A DNA stretch of 64,000 nt from Candidatus Multivoradales bacterium. Lineage in GTDB: Bacteria > Acidobacteriota > Thermoanaerobaculia > Multivoradales > JAHEKO01. The stretch spans positions 2,048,001 through 2,112,000 of the forward strand of contig CBDFIJ010000004.1 of the NCBI GenBank assembly GCA_965248055.1, given 5' to 3'. The notes beneath the pieces are model-generated. The model was not told the DNA's origin and made no database searches. It was given only the letters and a program-made list of their open reading frames with translations. Position 1 is the stretch's first letter, and each line of letters opens with the position of its first letter. The position numbers and the translations under genes were made by a program. Shown here in pieces: positions 56,375 to 64,000 of this stretch.

Positions 56375-57388
56375 ATGGAGTATCTTGGCATTGACGTTCA
56401 CTCAAAGTACAGCGAGGTATGTGGGATATCTCAGGAGGGTGAGGTGACGGTTCGTCGTCGGATTTCGACGACGGAGACGTCGATCCGTGGGTTCTTCGGT
56501 TCTCGTGAGCGTGCACAAGTGACGCTGGAGAGCGGTCCGGTGACGCCGTGGGTATATCGGTTGCTGTGTGATCTAGGTCATGCGGTAACGGTAGTCAATC
56601 CCCGGCGAGTGCGTTTGATTGCCGAATCGACACTAAAGACCGACGGCATTGATGCCGAGGTTTTAGCTCGGCTGAGCCGATTAGACCTGGGGTTTCTGCG
56701 TCCGGTGTATCAGCGAAGCCCTGAGGCCCAGGAGCTTCGCACTCGTTTACGGGTGCGATCGGCTCTGGTTAAGTCTCGGACTTCGTTGATCAACGCGGTA
56801 CGTGGGACTCTGCGTGCTCAGGGCTACCGGATGCCTTCGTGTGCGGCCAAGATTTTCATGGTGCGTTACGAATCGATGGGATTCGATTCGGGAGTATCAG
56901 AGGCCCTGGCTCCCTTGGTATCGACGATCGGTGAGCTGTCGGATCGGATCTGTGAGCTAGAGAATGACCTGAAAGCTCAAGCAAGTACCGATGAGCTTCT
57001 CGTTCGTCTGCAGACAGTGCCCGGGGTAGGGCCTCTGGTGAGCTTGGCTTTTGCCGGCTGGGTAGACAATCCAGATCGGTTTCAAAAGAGTCGAGATGTT
57101 GGAGCATGCCTGGGCTTGAGGCCCTCGCTTCGCAGCTCAGGAGGGCATGAGATCCGTGGCCGGATCACTCGGGAGGGGGATAGCGAGATGCGCCGACTCC
57201 TGGTCCAGGCTGCGCATGCATCTTTACAGTGTCACAAGGACTCAGCGCTCAAGCGCTGGGGTGAGGGTTTGGTGGCAAGGCTAGGTAAGAGCAAAGCAGT
57301 GGTAGCGCTGGCTAGAAAGATCGGAGTCCTACTGCATAGGTTGTGGGTCACAAACGAGAATTTCCAGCCGTTTCCACAAGCCACATAA
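56375..57388 (+). CDS. IS110 family transposase/recombinase
   Basis: RBS AAAGGAG; DEDD motifs GIDVHS, LESG, KTDGIDA; TVPGVG, GLRP...SSGG (catalytic Ser) and AVVALARK. Confidence 0.95.
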   Translation: MEYLGIDVHSKYSEVCGISQEGEVTVRRRISTTETSIRGFFGSRERAQVTLESGPVTPWVYRLLCDLGHAVTVVNPRRVRLIAESTLKTDGIDAEVLARLSRLDLGFLRPVYQRSPEAQELRTRLRVRSALVKSRTSLINAVRGTLRAQGYRMPSCAAKIFMVRYESMGFDSGVSEALAPLVSTIGELSDRICELENDLKAQASTDELLVRLQTVPGVGPLVSLAFAGWVDNPDRFQKSRDVGACLGLRPSLRSSGGHEIRGRITREGDSEMRRLLVQAAHASLQCHKDSALKRWGEGLVARLGKSKAVVALARKIGVLLHRLWVTNENFQPFPQAT

Positions 57389-57452
57389 GCGAGGATTCGA
57401 AGTAAGAAAGCAAGAGAAATCAGTCATGAGTTTCAAAGGACGGATGAAAAGT

Positions 57453-57595
57453 TTCGATGACTCCGATAAATGGGTTGGAGGCTGGGACTCCGCGTGCCAG
57501 ATGGGAGCATCGAATTTCCTCAACAGACGGAAAACTCACCATGCACCGGTCCAAAGACGGACCCAAGAGAGTGCGAATAGAAGCTCGTCCTGAGG
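57453..57595 (+). ncRNA. Predicted bridge RNA/seekRNA core (target- and donor-binding loops)
   Basis: Two stem-internal-loop-stem units whose loops carry GGGTT plus GTGCCAGA (flank matches) and CTCA plus ATAGA (IS-end matches); transcript ends unknown. Confidence 0.75.
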
Positions 57596-57749
57596 TTAGA
57601 TCCGAATCTAAAGAACGCATGATCGATGGAAAGAAAACCCTTGACTGGACCGCCCGACTCATAGAACCCTCTTTTTCGAGGAGAGATGTTCGCTGGCGTG
57701 GTCAGTCAGGCCTTTATCAAGGAGAAAGGAGATTCGTAGTGGGTAACGT

Positions 57750-58045
57750 ATGAACGGGGTGTTCCGTAGCAGTAAGTTCCTGGACTTCAACTCCGGGGAT
57801 GTGTTCTTGCCACCAATGCAGTTCATTCAACAAAAGCAGAAGCCGTGGACTCTCACGGACAAGATCGAAATCTTCGAATGTAGAGTGGAAGTCTGGCAGC
57901 TTGGTGTTGCCGTGCAGGTGCTAAAGGAGATGGAGGATGATCGGGAGGGGAAGCAAGACATTTGGTGTCATGCTGCCTATGGGCTCATCGCGATTGTCTT
58001 CTCGTACTTCGAAATGATCGGTAAGATCGTAAATCCAACCTCTAA
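57750..58045 (+). pseudogene. Hypothetical gene truncated by an IS5-like insertion
   Basis: ORF 57750-58073 runs into the IS end; its last residues (SLLKNPTT) are IS-derived. Confidence 0.55.
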
Positions 58046-58220
58046 GAGCTTGCTGAAAAACCCCACCACCTGACCATAACGATTCTATAATTGGGAATAG
58101 GAGGTTTTGATGCGTGGATCGGATCAAGGTGAGGGATCAATGTTCAGCTACGTTGACCTGGAACGGCGAATTCCTCGGTCTCATCCGTTGCGGCGGATCC
58201 GAAGTTTGATGGACGAGGAC
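58046..58220 (+). mobile_element. IS5-family remnant (left end plus transposase N-terminus)
   Basis: CTAA then GAGCTTGCTGAAAAA end, RBS AGGAGG, MRGSDQGEGSMFSYVDLERRIPRSHPLRRI; breaks off at a repeat at 58221. Confidence 0.75.
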
Positions 58221-58357
58221 ATAGGTACCACCCTCTTTTTTCTTTTTTTTGAACTTCAGATCATGAAACCTGATTTATCTCTTGACCCAACCCAAGTACG
58301 AGTCCTCGGTGCGCGGACTCATGTGGCGTAACCGGGCTATACGGGCACGGGCGCCGC

Positions 58358-58388
58358 TAGGTACCACCCTTGTTTCGAGGGGACGGTG
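58358..58388. repeat. 31-bp repeat, copy 2 (REP-like family)
   Basis: Identical to 56093-56123; partial copy ATAGGTACCACCCT at 58221. Confidence 0.85.
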
Positions 58389-58586
58389 CATGACGTCGTT
58401 TGATGTGTGTCAACACTTTCGTTTGGTGTTTTTGAGCGAGATCGCGTCGTTCTCTAGGTTGAATCGCAGGCCAAGTGGGGTAGGTCGCGTTCTTTCTGCT
58501 GGATTTTTCTTGTTTTTCGATGTTGGGGCGCGGCTATGTTTCACTTCCGGGATGGAAGTGGAAAGCCAATCTGGACGGAGCCGTTG

Positions 58587-59474
58587 CTATACGGGCACAA
58601 ATGGCCTGGGTGGTGGGAAGGACCCAGGAGGGAAGGCGGCGGTGAGGTTGCCAGCTTTCAACCGAGCGCAGGCTTCACGATATGCCAGGACGAACCACGA
58701 GTAGGCTTCATAGAGGATCCTGCGCATCGCCTTGCTGGCGCAGTGAAACATGGGTGCTGGTCGGCGCTTGAGCTTGCTCGGTCGGTATGTAGGGTCCAGG
58801 TCGGGAATCTCTGAACGCTCTATGAACGGATTGTCCTGTTGCACAATCTGGATCAGCTCCTGTATTCGTTGAGCAATCCACTTTGGATTGCGATCGGCCC
58901 AGCAGGGAAGGGGAGTTAGGAAGACTCGTTCCCTGGTACGAAAGACCAAGCCACTGTCCAACCCGCGAGCATGAAACTCTCGGGTCCTGTCTCTCCAGTG
59001 GCCTTCGACGGTCGACTTGCGGCGCAGCAACGTCTCTACGCTCTGAACTCCAGGCCAATCAACTGGATGGGCAACCAGCCTTTCTTTGACGCCCTGGCTG
59101 AGTATGTATTTCATTCGCTCTTCTTGCGCTGCTTGTTCTTCACTGATGACGATGGCTTGGTATCTCCTAGACCAAAATTTGTCCGTCCAATTGTGCAGTC
59201 TGCCGAGTTCGCGGGCCAAGTTTCCGTTGAGATGGTTCATGAACTTGGCCATTTGCTCGGAGTCAGCCACCGAGATCAACAGGTGGTAGTGATTGGACAT
59301 GAAGGCAAACGCGTGGATTTCCACCGGATACTTCCTTTGTGCTCGCCCTAGGACACCTCGAATGATGTCGTTGGCCAGGGGCGAAGGCTTGAGGAGAAAG
59401 CGACCTTGGATGGTACGGCATGTGACCTCCACCAAGGCGCCTCCGGGCGGGATGAATCGAAGTCGTCTGCTCAT
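58587..59474 (-). CDS. Y1 HUH transposase, REP-associated tyrosine transposase (RAYT)-like
   Basis: VTCRT..GRFLL, HAFAFMSNHYHLL (HUH), FWSRRY, YILSQGVKERLV..P.DWPG and FPPGSFPP. Confidence 0.88.
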   Translation of the reverse strand: MSRRLRFIPPGGALVEVTCRTIQGRFLLKPSPLANDIIRGVLGRAQRKYPVEIHAFAFMSNHYHLLISVADSEQMAKFMNHLNGNLARELGRLHNWTDKFWSRRYQAIVISEEQAAQEERMKYILSQGVKERLVAHPVDWPGVQSVETLLRRKSTVEGHWRDRTREFHARGLDSGLVFRTRERVFLTPLPCWADRNPKWIAQRIQELIQIVQQDNPFIERSEIPDLDPTYRPSKLKRRPAPMFHCASKAMRRILYEAYSWFVLAYREACARLKAGNLTAAFPPGSFPPPRPFVPV

Positions 59475-59597
59475 GGTGAGAGGGACGAGAATCGTTGCTG
59501 TGTCCTTGCAAATATTTGGCTGGCACTTTCAGGGTTGGGTCCCTCTATTTACGTAGCCGTTCACAAGAATTTGTAGGCTGGGGACAAATACTAGACA

Positions 59598-60023
59598 ATG
59601 GGTACGAGGATGACGTTTTGTATTCCTACTGAATTACAAGAATCAGGTGGCGAAGTAGTCGCGTTGCTGGTTGAGAGTAAGGCCACCTTACGCATCACCA
59701 TGCATCCGGTGCCTGAATCGAGCCAGGCAAACATGCAGATTGGGGTTGCCCTGACGAAGGGAGCTTCAATGGAGATCTGGATCTCGAAAGGGGGCGATCT
59801 CAGTTTTGTCTCAACGGTAGATCCGGGGACCTTTGTCATTCGGCAATCGGCGAACATGACGAGAACTCAGCGAATTCATGAAATCCGGCAACGAGTCGAA
59901 ATGTTTCTCATGAAGCGAACGATCTATTTGAAGAGGGAGAGGGGATTGTTTTGGCGGCTACTTCGTTCATTGGGGCTGTCCGTTTACAGTGATCTCCGGC
60001 AGGTGAGACAAGTCGGTATTTGA
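59598..60023 (+). CDS. Hypothetical protein
   Basis: 141-aa ORF divergent from the RAYT; no motif recognised. Confidence 0.45.
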   Translation: MGTRMTFCIPTELQESGGEVVALLVESKATLRITMHPVPESSQANMQIGVALTKGASMEIWISKGGDLSFVSTVDPGTFVIRQSANMTRTQRIHEIRQRVEMFLMKRTIYLKRERGLFWRLLRSLGLSVYSDLRQVRQVGI

Positions 60024-60038
60024 AGTGATCCAAATTCA

Positions 60039-60059
60039 CAAATAATCGGCACCTACCCT
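60039..60059. repeat. 21-bp repeat, copy 1
   Basis: CAAATAATCGGCACCTACCCT, identical at 61113-61133; reverse strand contains TAGGTGCC. Confidence 0.8.
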
Positions 60060-60278
60060 GTACGACATCTCCAAGACCAACTTCCTTGGAAGAGGCCCGA
60101 AAATAGTTGGCTTCTACCCATTCCGGCGCATCCGGATCTGGGAAGATTGAAGATCAGTAACTGGCGAGTCCACTTCTGCTGCTGCCCATGCTGTGGGTAC
60201 TGGATGGCCTGCTGCTTGGTTGGGCTGGTAGTGATAGCGATGCTGCTGTTCTAATTCTTGATCTGCTAGATTCCACCG

Positions 60279-60473
60279 ATGACGCCATTATGGAGTCCGG
60301 TTCTCTTGTTGACTGTTGGCCTTCTTAACCTTGCTTTGGCGCTCAGGCTCAAGCATATGGGTGGCAAGGCTAGGAAGTTTCTCTTGTATTCTTCCATTCT
60401 CGTTGTGGCTATTGCTCTGGTTGCGCTCGGTGCGACCATCGAGGAACATTTTGGCTCGCATCTCAACCATTAG
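60279..60473 (+). CDS. Small two-TM hypothetical protein (possibly a fragment)
   Basis: 64-aa hydrophobic ORF. Confidence 0.35.
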   Translation: MTPLWSPVLLLTVGLLNLALALRLKHMGGKARKFLLYSSILVVAIALVALGATIEEHFGSHLNH

Positions 60474-60777
60474 TGATCGCTTCGTCCTACCTCACCGCAG
60501 CATCCAACGCGGTAGCAGCCAACATCTTCCCGGTCCACGCCACCACCGAGCCAGATCGCCCTGGTTGTCAAGGCACACTCTCTGACATCAAGCGCCAGGA
60601 AGCCTACGAACTCGCCAAGCTGCTGTAACAGCGCTGGCTAGATCACGGTCGCCCAGATCGAATTGATATTGAAGCGGTGGTTACTGACGTTGATCGGTAC
60701 GGGTTGGAGTTGGCGGCTCAGGCTGTTTCAGAATCGAACAAGAATGTCTTGACAACGACAACGAACTACGGACTGCA

Positions 60778-61071
60778 ATGACGAAACCGAACGACACCAG
60801 GGATCTTGCGATCCTCGGCGACGGATTAGTACTAGCAACCGCGCCCTCCGGTATCTTCATGATGTTTGTTGGCCCGATTGTATTTTCGCCTACGTATTGG
60901 ACGGTTGTTCTCAGCGTTCTTATCCCACTGGCTGTACTTTGGCTGACAGGAACCTCTTGCTTGGGCAAAGCAGGGTTGATGGACACCTTCTCCCAAAAAC
61001 TCATTGCCATGGCCACATTCTTGTTCGGTGCGGTTTTCGCCGCGGTTGTGGTTGCTTGGATGAAGTCGTAG
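60778..61071 (+). CDS. Small multi-TM hypothetical protein
   Basis: 97-aa ORF with three hydrophobic segments. Confidence 0.45.
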   Translation: MTKPNDTRDLAILGDGLVLATAPSGIFMMFVGPIVFSPTYWTVVLSVLIPLAVLWLTGTSCLGKAGLMDTFSQKLIAMATFLFGAVFAAVVVAWMKS

Positions 61072-61112
61072 CAAAGACGCAGGCCGAAACGATCGCGCTA
61101 TTCTTTTTGAGC

Positions 61113-61133
61113 CAAATAATCGGCACCTACCCT
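61113..61133. repeat. 21-bp repeat, copy 2
   Basis: Identical to 60039-60059, followed by a duplicated CCTACCCT. Confidence 0.8.
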
Positions 61134-61431
61134 CCTACCCTGTAATGCATCGCCGGTCCAGCCTGGGAGAGCGACCGCAACACTGTTAATAACAAGGACG
61201 TTTAGCTATGCGGGATTAATGTTCTCTGCTGGGGCGGGACTGTATATCAGGCCCACAACCGGAGAATTGGCGACCTACGCGAGCGAAAAATATCCTGAAG
61301 ACAGCTCTGCTCCTTGGGCCAACAACCACGACCTGGATTGCGACGAGTGGTGATAGACAGAAGTCATCAAGTTGCAACGGACCTGCTAAAGTGGTGTGGT
61401 ATTGAAACTGATCGGTAACAGGAGGTTGTCC

Positions 61432-61602
61432 ATGACTATTAGCGCCCCAAAACAAATCACTTGGATCATTTCAGTGGTGTTGGGTGTCCTTGCCTTGTTG
61501 GGTAAGTACGGCATCATCGTTGCCCTGGCCCCGTATGCGTTCACCCTGGCGATTGTCGGGTTGGTGCTGCTGGCGCTTGGCTGCTTGTTGGCCGGTCTCT
61601 AG
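61432..61602 (+). CDS. Small two-TM membrane protein (56 aa)
   Basis: Strong RBS AGGAGG; MTISAPKQITWIISVVLGVLALLG... Confidence 0.7.
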   Translation: MTISAPKQITWIISVVLGVLALLGKYGIIVALAPYAFTLAIVGLVLLALGCLLAGL

Positions 61603-61820
61603 TTCGGAGGGGTTTTAGTTCAGCGCGTCGCTCGGCGGAACAAGGCCGGGGAGTTGGAGTGGTTCGTAAAGATACGGTGCTTCTCCACGGTGTTGTTGCG
61701 TTCTCCATAAGCGAGAGAACCGTCTGGATGGTGTCGATCGTAGGTGAGTAGGGGAATGGAACAACATGAGAACTTGTCCCGTAGGTTAGGGGTATGGGCG
61801 TCCGTCCAAATAACAGCAAC

Positions 61821-64000
61821 ATGGTAGTCAGCCGACGCATTTTTTCGTTGGTGGGTTGGCTGGCGCTGGCGTTGGCGCTGGTTTCGATCGTTGATCTCTT
61901 GCGCCCACGGCCATTTGATGGGGTTGTGTTGGACGAGAGGTTGGCTGCGATCTTGTTGGTGCGCGAGGTGTTGCCTGGATCCGGAGCTTACGAAGCCGGG
62001 ATCCGTCCCGGAGACACAATTGTCGGTATTGACCGATCGATCCTGAAATCGACCTCACATGCCGCCCAGATCCTGGGCCAAAGAGCGGTTGGGGATGTGG
62101 TGCCGTATCTGGTAGAGGATGCAGCCGGGGTGCGTGAGGTCGAGGTGGAGCTAGGACCCCGCCGTCTGATCACGGCACCCTATTTCTACGCTTGCCTGCT
62201 CGGTTTCGCGTTCTTCTTTGTCGGTTGGTTTGTTTTCCGAAAGCAACCGCGCCAACGGGCTGCGCAATTGTTTTTCCTGCTCGGCGGGCTGTTCATGCTG
62301 TTTTTGGTATTTCGCCTGCGTCCGCTGTCGTACTCGGCGTTTGACGCGGCGGTGTTGCGAGTGGGCACGCTCGCGTTGCTGTGGCTGCCGGCCTGTTTTC
62401 TCCATTTCTTTTTGGTCTTTCCGCGTCGCATTTTTCCGGCCAGTGAGATCAGAGAATCGGACATTCCAGGTTACGACAAGCGCCTGCGCCATCGATGGAT
62501 TGCTTTGCTGGTCACGATCTACCTGATTCCTTTTCTGACGATGGCGGCGGTCCTGACGTGGGCTCAAACGGAGGGTCGAGCGGTGGAGCTGGTGAGTGGT
62601 GCTCCACTGGCCAACTGGTGGGTGCTCGCGATCTACATGGTGCTCGGTTTGGGTGCACTGCTGTGGAACATTGCGCGCTTACGTAGCGCCCGGGAAAAAC
62701 GTGGTGGCTACCTAGTGCTATTTGGTTCGTTGTTTGGCTTGCTGCCGTTTTTGATTACGGCGGTTGCGTTCCCGGCGATCTTGCACACCGACAAGTTTCT
62801 CTACTTGGGCGTGTTTCCGTTAACCCTGGTGCCGCTGACGTTTGCCTACGCGATTGTGGTTTTTCGCATGCTGGACGTGCAGGTGATTCTGAGAAAAAGC
62901 GTTCTCTACACCGTGACCACGGTGGCGATTACCGCAATTTATGCGCTGGTGATCGCCGGGTTTGGCGTGTTGTCGACGGCGACCGATTTGGCGGGATCGG
63001 TTTGGTTCCCCGTCTTATTGGCACTGGCCATCGTGCTTCTGTTTGAGCCGTTGCGTCGCCGGGTGCAGGGATTTGTCAATCGATTCATCTATGCCGAACG
63101 CAGTCATCTGGAGCGGGCACTGCAGGAGATCGAAGTTGCTTTTTCGCAGCAGGACGACCTTCGGGAAGTGGTACGGGGATTGGTTGAAACTCTTCCCGAG
63201 CGGCTGGAGCTGAAATTCGCTGGTCTTTATCTGGCGGAGGCAGACCTAACTTCACCGGAGGTCATGGTTCTGAATCGGGTGGCTGGACCAGACTTCTTGC
63301 CTGAGGTATTGCCGTCCATCCCTGGGATCGAACACAGCTTGGCTGCCAAGCGTGGAGTTGTGGCCCTTGGGGAACTCGAGAGTTTGGTGAATCGGCACCG
63401 CGACTTGTCTACTTGGGTTGAGGGACTCACCTCAAGCGGGGTCAAGGTGGTGTGCGTCCTTTCTTCGCCTCGCCGCACCGCTGGGTTGATGGTGTTGTCC
63501 GACAAGACATCACAGATGGTGTTTGAGGAAGATGAGCTGGGGTTATTGCGGCGCTTGAGTTCCCAGGCGGCGTTGGCCCTGGAGACCAATACTCTTCTGC
63601 TTGAGCGTACGGCACAGGCGGAGATAGAGAAAGAGTTGGCGATCGCCGCTTCGGTCCAGGAAGATCTGTTGCCGGAGACCATCAATTTCGGTCCGGGATG
63701 GGAAGTCGAAGCACATTGCACTCCAGCGAAGAAAATTGGCGGCGACTTTTTCACCGAACTGCCCGGTCCCACGGAAGGATCAAGTGCGTTGGTCTATGGA
63801 GATGTCGCTGGCAAGTCGATCTCGGGCGCCTTGATGATGATGGCTGCGCACGAAGCCCTGCATTCATTGGCGCTCACCGAGCGTTCGCCGCAGAGGCTGT
63901 TCTGGTTGGCCAATCAGCGGCTGTATGTGTTGGGAAAGCGGCGAAGTTTTGTTGCGCTGGCGTATCTGACCTCTCCGGATGGTACCAACTTGGACTATGT
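61821..64000 (+). CDS. Membrane sensor with PDZ, multi-TM, GAF-like and SpoIIE/PP2C phosphatase domains; runs off window
   Basis: Not in ORF track; from ATG 61821: EVLPGSGAYEAGIRPGDTIVGID (PDZ), TM block, ELAIAASVQEDLLP, GGDFF and GDVAGKS. Confidence 0.88.
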   Translation, partial: MVVSRRIFSLVGWLALALALVSIVDLLRPRPFDGVVLDERLAAILLVREVLPGSGAYEAGIRPGDTIVGIDRSILKSTSHAAQILGQRAVGDVVPYLVEDAAGVREVEVELGPRRLITAPYFYACLLGFAFFFVGWFVFRKQPRQRAAQLFFLLGGLFMLFLVFRLRPLSYSAFDAAVLRVGTLALLWLPACFLHFFLVFPRRIFPASEIRESDIPGYDKRLRHRWIALLVTIYLIPFLTMAAVLTWAQTEGRAVELVSGAPLANWWVLAIYMVLGLGALLWNIARLRSAREKRGGYLVLFGSLFGLLPFLITAVAFPAILHTDKFLYLGVFPLTLVPLTFAYAIVVFRMLDVQVILRKSVLYTVTTVAITAIYALVIAGFGVLSTATDLAGSVWFPVLLALAIVLLFEPLRRRVQGFVNRFIYAERSHLERALQEIEVAFSQQDDLREVVRGLVETLPERLELKFAGLYLAEADLTSPEVMVLNRVAGPDFLPEVLPSIPGIEHSLAAKRGVVALGELESLVNRHRDLSTWVEGLTSSGVKVVCVLSSPRRTAGLMVLSDKTSQMVFEEDELGLLRRLSSQAALALETNTLLLERTAQAEIEKELAIAASVQEDLLPETINFGPGWEVEAHCTPAKKIGGDFFTELPGPTEGSSALVYGDVAGKSISGALMMMAAHEALHSLALTERSPQRLFWLANQRLYVLGKRRSFVALAYLTSPDGTNLDY

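Larger units (their letters stand above)
56281..57665 (+). mobile_element. IS110 family, IS1111-type insertion sequence (complete)
   Basis: Sub-terminal inverted repeats ATGAGTCGGTCGGTC (56288-56302) and GACCGCCCGACTCAT (57648-57662), 7 and 3 nt inside the inferred ends; long 3' non-coding end; removing the element restores a repeat unit. Confidence 0.88.

Noticed and set aside
57457-57753. 98-aa ORF after the IS110 transposase
   Set aside because: Overlaps the structured RNA and crosses the IS boundary; likely spurious
58336-58598. 13-bp match GCTATACGGGCAC at 58336 and at the RAYT stop codon
   Set aside because: Too short to establish a second RAYT remnant or a target duplication
60147-60254. 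Cys-rich micro-ORF (HFCCCPCCGYWMACC) as a RiPP precursor or metallothionein
   Set aside because: The TGC runs are the shifted frame of CTG-rich Leu codons; no maturation enzymes nearby
56093-61133. Possible CRISPR array from the 31-bp and 21-bp repeats
   Set aside because: Only two exact copies of each, 1-2 kb apart, with no regular spacers and no cas genes
59598-61602. Integron cassette array
   Set aside because: No intI and no RYYYAAC...GTTRRRY attC pairs seen
53541-61700. Integrase-mobilised island or prophage with attL/attR
   Set aside because: No integrase or phage genes, and no direct repeat of the tRNA 3' end found downstream

Overview
GC-rich bacterial chromosomal window; the gene content suggests an environmental Gram-negative such as an Acidobacteriota/Thermoanaerobaculia-like lineage, which is inference only. 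In order: a hydroxyproline-type catabolic cluster (1-5293); Fe-S, PA14/GT-C and PQQ genes; a dispersed nucleotide-sugar cluster (rfbF, rfbC, SAF-domain oxidoreductase, lhgO, epimerase) with a ~2.5 kb mosaic tandem duplication of a GMC oxidoreductase/Tat-lipoprotein pair; and peptidases, an S1/P1 nuclease and an antiporter. Next is a tightly coupled 9-gene minus-strand operon (38317-29445: two small membrane ORFs, ferric reductase-Rieske fusion, OlsB- and OlsA-like acyltransferases, DinB, NRDE/TANGO2, hydrolase-DedA-ATP-grasp fusion, KirBac), then trkAH, a TonB receptor and four tRNAs. An accessory island follows the tRNAs (~53620-61700). It carries (i) a three-gene operon encoding a COMMD-like protein, a winged-helix protein and an NDT/N-glycosidase-like effector, my best candidate for an undescribed, probably anti-phage, system; (ii) an intact IS110/IS1111 element whose 3' non-coding end folds into a bridge RNA with guide segments matching its own insertion site and ends; and (iii) a RAYT-like transposase with a family of short repeats, one of which is the IS target. 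All calls come from reading motifs by eye; no database searches were run.
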